DNA of 64,000 nucleotides from the NCBI GenBank assembly GCA_050951325.1, contig JBMNIW010000005.1, forward strand, positions 160,001 through 224,000, read 5' to 3'. A program made the translations under genes and the position numbers. How positions within the stretch are numbered: the first letter of the stretch is position 1; every line of letters starts with the position of its first letter. The DNA is from Clostridia bacterium (lineage in GTDB: Bacteria; Bacillota; Clostridia; UBA1212; DUPL01). This document shows positions 61,109 through 64,000 of this stretch, one piece after another. The notes beneath the pieces were generated by a model. It searched no databases. It had not been told where the DNA came from and saw only the letters and a program-made list of their open reading frames with translations.

Positions 61109-61201
61109 TGGCGGAAAGAGAGGGATTCGAACCCTCGGTGGGGTATTAGCCCACACACGATTTCCAATCGTGCGCCTTAAGCCAGACTCAGCCATCTTTC
61201 C
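61109..61201 (-). tRNA. tRNA-Ser(GGA)
   Basis: reverse complement GGAAAGA...TCTTTCC-GCCA, CACGA-TT-GGA-AA-TCGTG, long variable arm. Confidence 0.96.
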
Positions 61202-61460
61202 ACAATTTTTTTGACAACAAAATAATTATAGTACGAAAAAGAGGATATGTCAATATCCAAAACTTAAGAATTGGCTAATTAATTTCCATCCATTCATACA
61301 TTCGAGAAGAACAAGGTGACGGTTGAGTACATGACTGCAGTTGCATTTGAGATAGCACGTTAAACAAAATACAATTTTTTCAGACAATAGTGCAAGTATA
61401 TTTTAGTCGATTGTGATAATATTAGTTATAACCAAATATTCAAGTTGTAGGAGGAAAACG

Positions 61461-61955
61461 ATGAAGTCTAAATTAGTTGTATTATTAGTGATTGTAATGA
61501 TATTCAGTTCATTAATGGTTGTTAATGCTGAAACAGTACTCTCGCTGGACAATGACGAGTACGTTGTTGGTGAAACAGTTACAGTAACATTTAGCAATGC
61601 AACTGGTAATGAGTCGGCATGGATAGCAATATATCCCGAAGGCAAGGATTACACCGAATACACTGCTGAAGAAAAAGCATGGAAGTATGCAAACAACAAT
61701 TCAGATGAAACACCAGGAGAAACAGCAGCTACAGAAGGTACAGTAACAATCAGCACTGAAGGACTTGCTCCTGGAGAGTATAGAGTTTCATACTTTGTAG
61801 ACGGTGCGTATAACGAAGGTGCTTTTGCAAACTTCACATTGGTAGAAGCATCACAGAACCCACCTACTTCCGACAGTACTGTATTCATGACAGCATTCGC
61901 AATGCTTCTGATGGCAGCTGTTGTATTGAAGCGTAAGAGCGTTACCTCATTTTAA
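61461..61955 (+). CDS. small secreted Ig-like protein with a sortase-like NPPTSD sorting signal
   Basis: AGGAGG RBS, signal peptide ending VNA, beta-rich body, NPPTSD plus hydrophobic segment plus KRK. Confidence 0.75.
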   Translation: MKSKLVVLLVIVMIFSSLMVVNAETVLSLDNDEYVVGETVTVTFSNATGNESAWIAIYPEGKDYTEYTAEEKAWKYANNNSDETPGETAATEGTVTISTEGLAPGEYRVSYFVDGAYNEGAFANFTLVEASQNPPTSDSTVFMTAFAMLLMAAVVLKRKSVTSF

Positions 61956-62044
61956 ATGATAGAATCAAACGTTTTGTTGAGGACTTTGCGTAATTTACGC
62001 AAAGTTCTTTGTACATATACATAATAATTTCAGGAGGAATTTAA

Positions 62045-62188
62045 GTGAAGAAGAAACTAGCTTTTTTCATACTCTTTATATTCTTGTTATCCTTCGTTTT
62101 TGTTAATGCAGAAGAAAAAGAATATGAACATGATGAGGAATATTATGAAAAAATGCCATACATTTGGATGACATTTGATTACGATTGA
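62045..62188 (+). pseudogene. truncated 5' end of a secreted protein gene (47 codons)
   Basis: AGGAGG RBS, GTG, KKKLAFFILFIFLLSFVFVNA signal peptide; stops inside the 3' end of the convergent AraC gene. Confidence 0.55.
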
Positions 62189-63072
62189 CCAAATTTGTTT
62201 TCTATTTTTATAAATGAATATTTGTTTTTGATTGTATCGGTACTCTCATACAGTTTTGATGGTGTTATGCCATAATGCTTCTTGAAAGTCTTGTTAAAAT
62301 ATGAAATGTTGTTAAAACCACACATATATGATACTTCTGAAATTGTGTACTTTTTTGTCATCAGAAGAGACTTTGCATACTTGCATCTTAATGTGTTTAT
62401 ATAATTAATGGCGGTCATGGAGGTCAGTTCCTTGAATGAAGTGCAGAAGTGGCTTCTGCTTAGTCCTGAAAGACTGCTCAGTTCGTCTATGGATATATCC
62501 TTTGTGAAGTTTTCTCGGATATATATAAGGGCGTTTATAAGGGTGTCTTTCTGCCTTATCATTTTATTGCTGCTTTCTTTTACACTTCTGTAGGTTACGT
62601 GTTGTCTGAAAAGAGTTACCAAAAGCTCTATAATCAGTGATTTAATAACTGAATCATATAGAAGATGTTTGTTTTTGTTTTCATTAATAATACGATTTAT
62701 AATATCTGACACAAGTTGTTCTTCTGGAACATGTTCGTTGAACCACAAAGAGTTTATGTCAGTGTGGAAAATACCTGATAAAAATTCATTCTCCACTACT
62801 ATGCTCATATAGCTTAAGTTATTGCTTGCAGCAATAATCTTGTGAAGCGTGTCAGTGTTGATAATTACAGTTTCATTAGTGCATGAGGTTATGGACTCGC
62901 CATCGGAGATTACGTTGGCAGTCCCTGATAAAATATGTATTATCTCAAGGTTTTCATGCCAGCTCAAGAATGTTTCCCTTTTGTCGTAATTTTCACCCAG
63001 TTGGTTTATAGTTATAATATATGGAATGTTTGGTTCGTCAAAAGTATAAACCTCATACTTTATTTCTGACAT
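62179..63072 (-). CDS. AraC family transcriptional regulator
   Basis: cupin WHENLEI; HTH LSRSHFC..FK, ISEVSYMCGFNNISYFNKTFKK. Confidence 0.93.
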   Translation of the reverse strand: MSEIKYEVYTFDEPNIPYIITINQLGENYDKRETFLSWHENLEIIHILSGTANVISDGESITSCTNETVIINTDTLHKIIAASNNLSYMSIVVENEFLSGIFHTDINSLWFNEHVPEEQLVSDIINRIINENKNKHLLYDSVIKSLIIELLVTLFRQHVTYRSVKESSNKMIRQKDTLINALIYIRENFTKDISIDELSSLSGLSRSHFCTSFKELTSMTAINYINTLRCKYAKSLLMTKKYTISEVSYMCGFNNISYFNKTFKKHYGITPSKLYESTDTIKNKYSFIKIENKFGQS

Positions 63073-63253
63073 TTGTGCTGCACCTTTCTAAAATGGTTAT
63101 ACTCGAAAACTACCATACAAATCGAATTGTGTCAATAACTAGCGCAGGGTTGCCAATTTTTACATGGAAATTAGGTATAAATAATATGGATTGATAATAA
63201 ACCTAGGATAAAGTATAATTTAATGGAAAAGTCTGTATGAAGTGGGGAATACA

Positions 63254-64000
63254 ATGGCTGACATAAAATACCGCTGGTTTAATCTCGATATCTGTATTGC
63301 AAAAAGCGACAGCTATGAAGATGTCGTAAAGGACAAGGAGTATTTAATCGAAAACGAAATAGGATTGGTAGTGTCTGTATTTAACCACAAGTTCAGTATG
63401 ATTCAAAAATGTGATGCTGACGTATTACTAAGACACTATATGTTTTGTGTAGAAAATTGGCCTCAGTTAAGTGATTGGGAGTTGAAAATGCTTCTGTCAC
63501 TGGTTCTATACGAAACCGATTATGGAAGAAAGGTTGCTTTCTGGTTTGGTGACGATGAAGCAGAAGACGCATTTTTTAAAGCAGCTGGCAGACCTCATGA
63601 GTATGCTTACGTAACCCCTCCGGATTATATTAATGTTTGCGGTGCTTGCAAGCAGGGTAAATGCATAACCGAATATGTATGCTACACGGCAGGTTTGGAA
63701 GAAGCAAAACAGATATTTGAAAATGTTAGTATTAAGTCTCTTGCAAGAGCAAAAAACATGAGTCCTGAAGTCCTGGTAAAAGACCCCGTAAACTATCAAG
63801 GCGATCCACCAGATTATTTTCAATACGTTCCGTTTACCTGGGGCAACTGCTTTTTTGGTGACAGGACAGTGCTGGAAAAAATCCTTGGCAGAGTTATATA
63901 TGAGGAAGATTTAAGAAACTTCTTTAGTCCTACTGTAAAATTCTACTTTAGGTATGATGATATAGCTGAATTGAATGATGCGGTATTGGATGGATATCAC
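63254..64000 (+). CDS. hypothetical protein, runs off the window end
   Basis: 249 uninterrupted codons from ATG 63254 (GGGGA RBS) to the window end; absent from the ORF track because it has no stop. Confidence 0.8.
   Translation, partial: MADIKYRWFNLDICIAKSDSYEDVVKDKEYLIENEIGLVVSVFNHKFSMIQKCDADVLLRHYMFCVENWPQLSDWELKMLLSLVLYETDYGRKVAFWFGDDEAEDAFFKAAGRPHEYAYVTPPDYINVCGACKQGKCITEYVCYTAGLEEAKQIFENVSIKSLARAKNMSPEVLVKDPVNYQGDPPDYFQYVPFTWGNCFFGDRTVLEKILGRVIYEEDLRNFFSPTVKFYFRYDDIAELNDAVLDGYH

Overview
A gene-dense, moderately AT-rich chromosomal segment from a Clostridia-like Firmicute with a plant-polysaccharide/uronate lifestyle. It carries housekeeping genes (fba, PPi-type pfk, ilvE, pdxK, nagA, prmC, HIS6-type hisA, uxaC, Na/Pi cotransporter, aconitase-like hydratase), five dispersed tRNAs (Asn, Leu x2, Thr, Ser) and two insertion sequences flanking tRNA-Thr: an IS30-family element with a 13-bp target duplication and internal 16-bp repeats, and an IS1634-family element with an ~86-bp target duplication. 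The best candidate for an undescribed system is a family of three paralogous membrane-anchored WNEW-motif glycoside-hydrolase-like genes. An unnamed ~200-270 aa beta-rich domain is fused to two of them and encoded as a separate neighbour of the third, with a fourth copy as a lipoprotein, and each cassette abuts a tRNA 3' end. Other notable items are an unclassified glycyl radical enzyme/activase pair followed by a GH28-like gene, a D,D-carboxypeptidase homolog lacking all three catalytic motifs, and a DUF5722/beta-helix locus. Several +1 frameshifts and one nonsense codon may be assembly errors. All product calls come from motif recognition by eye, not from database searches.
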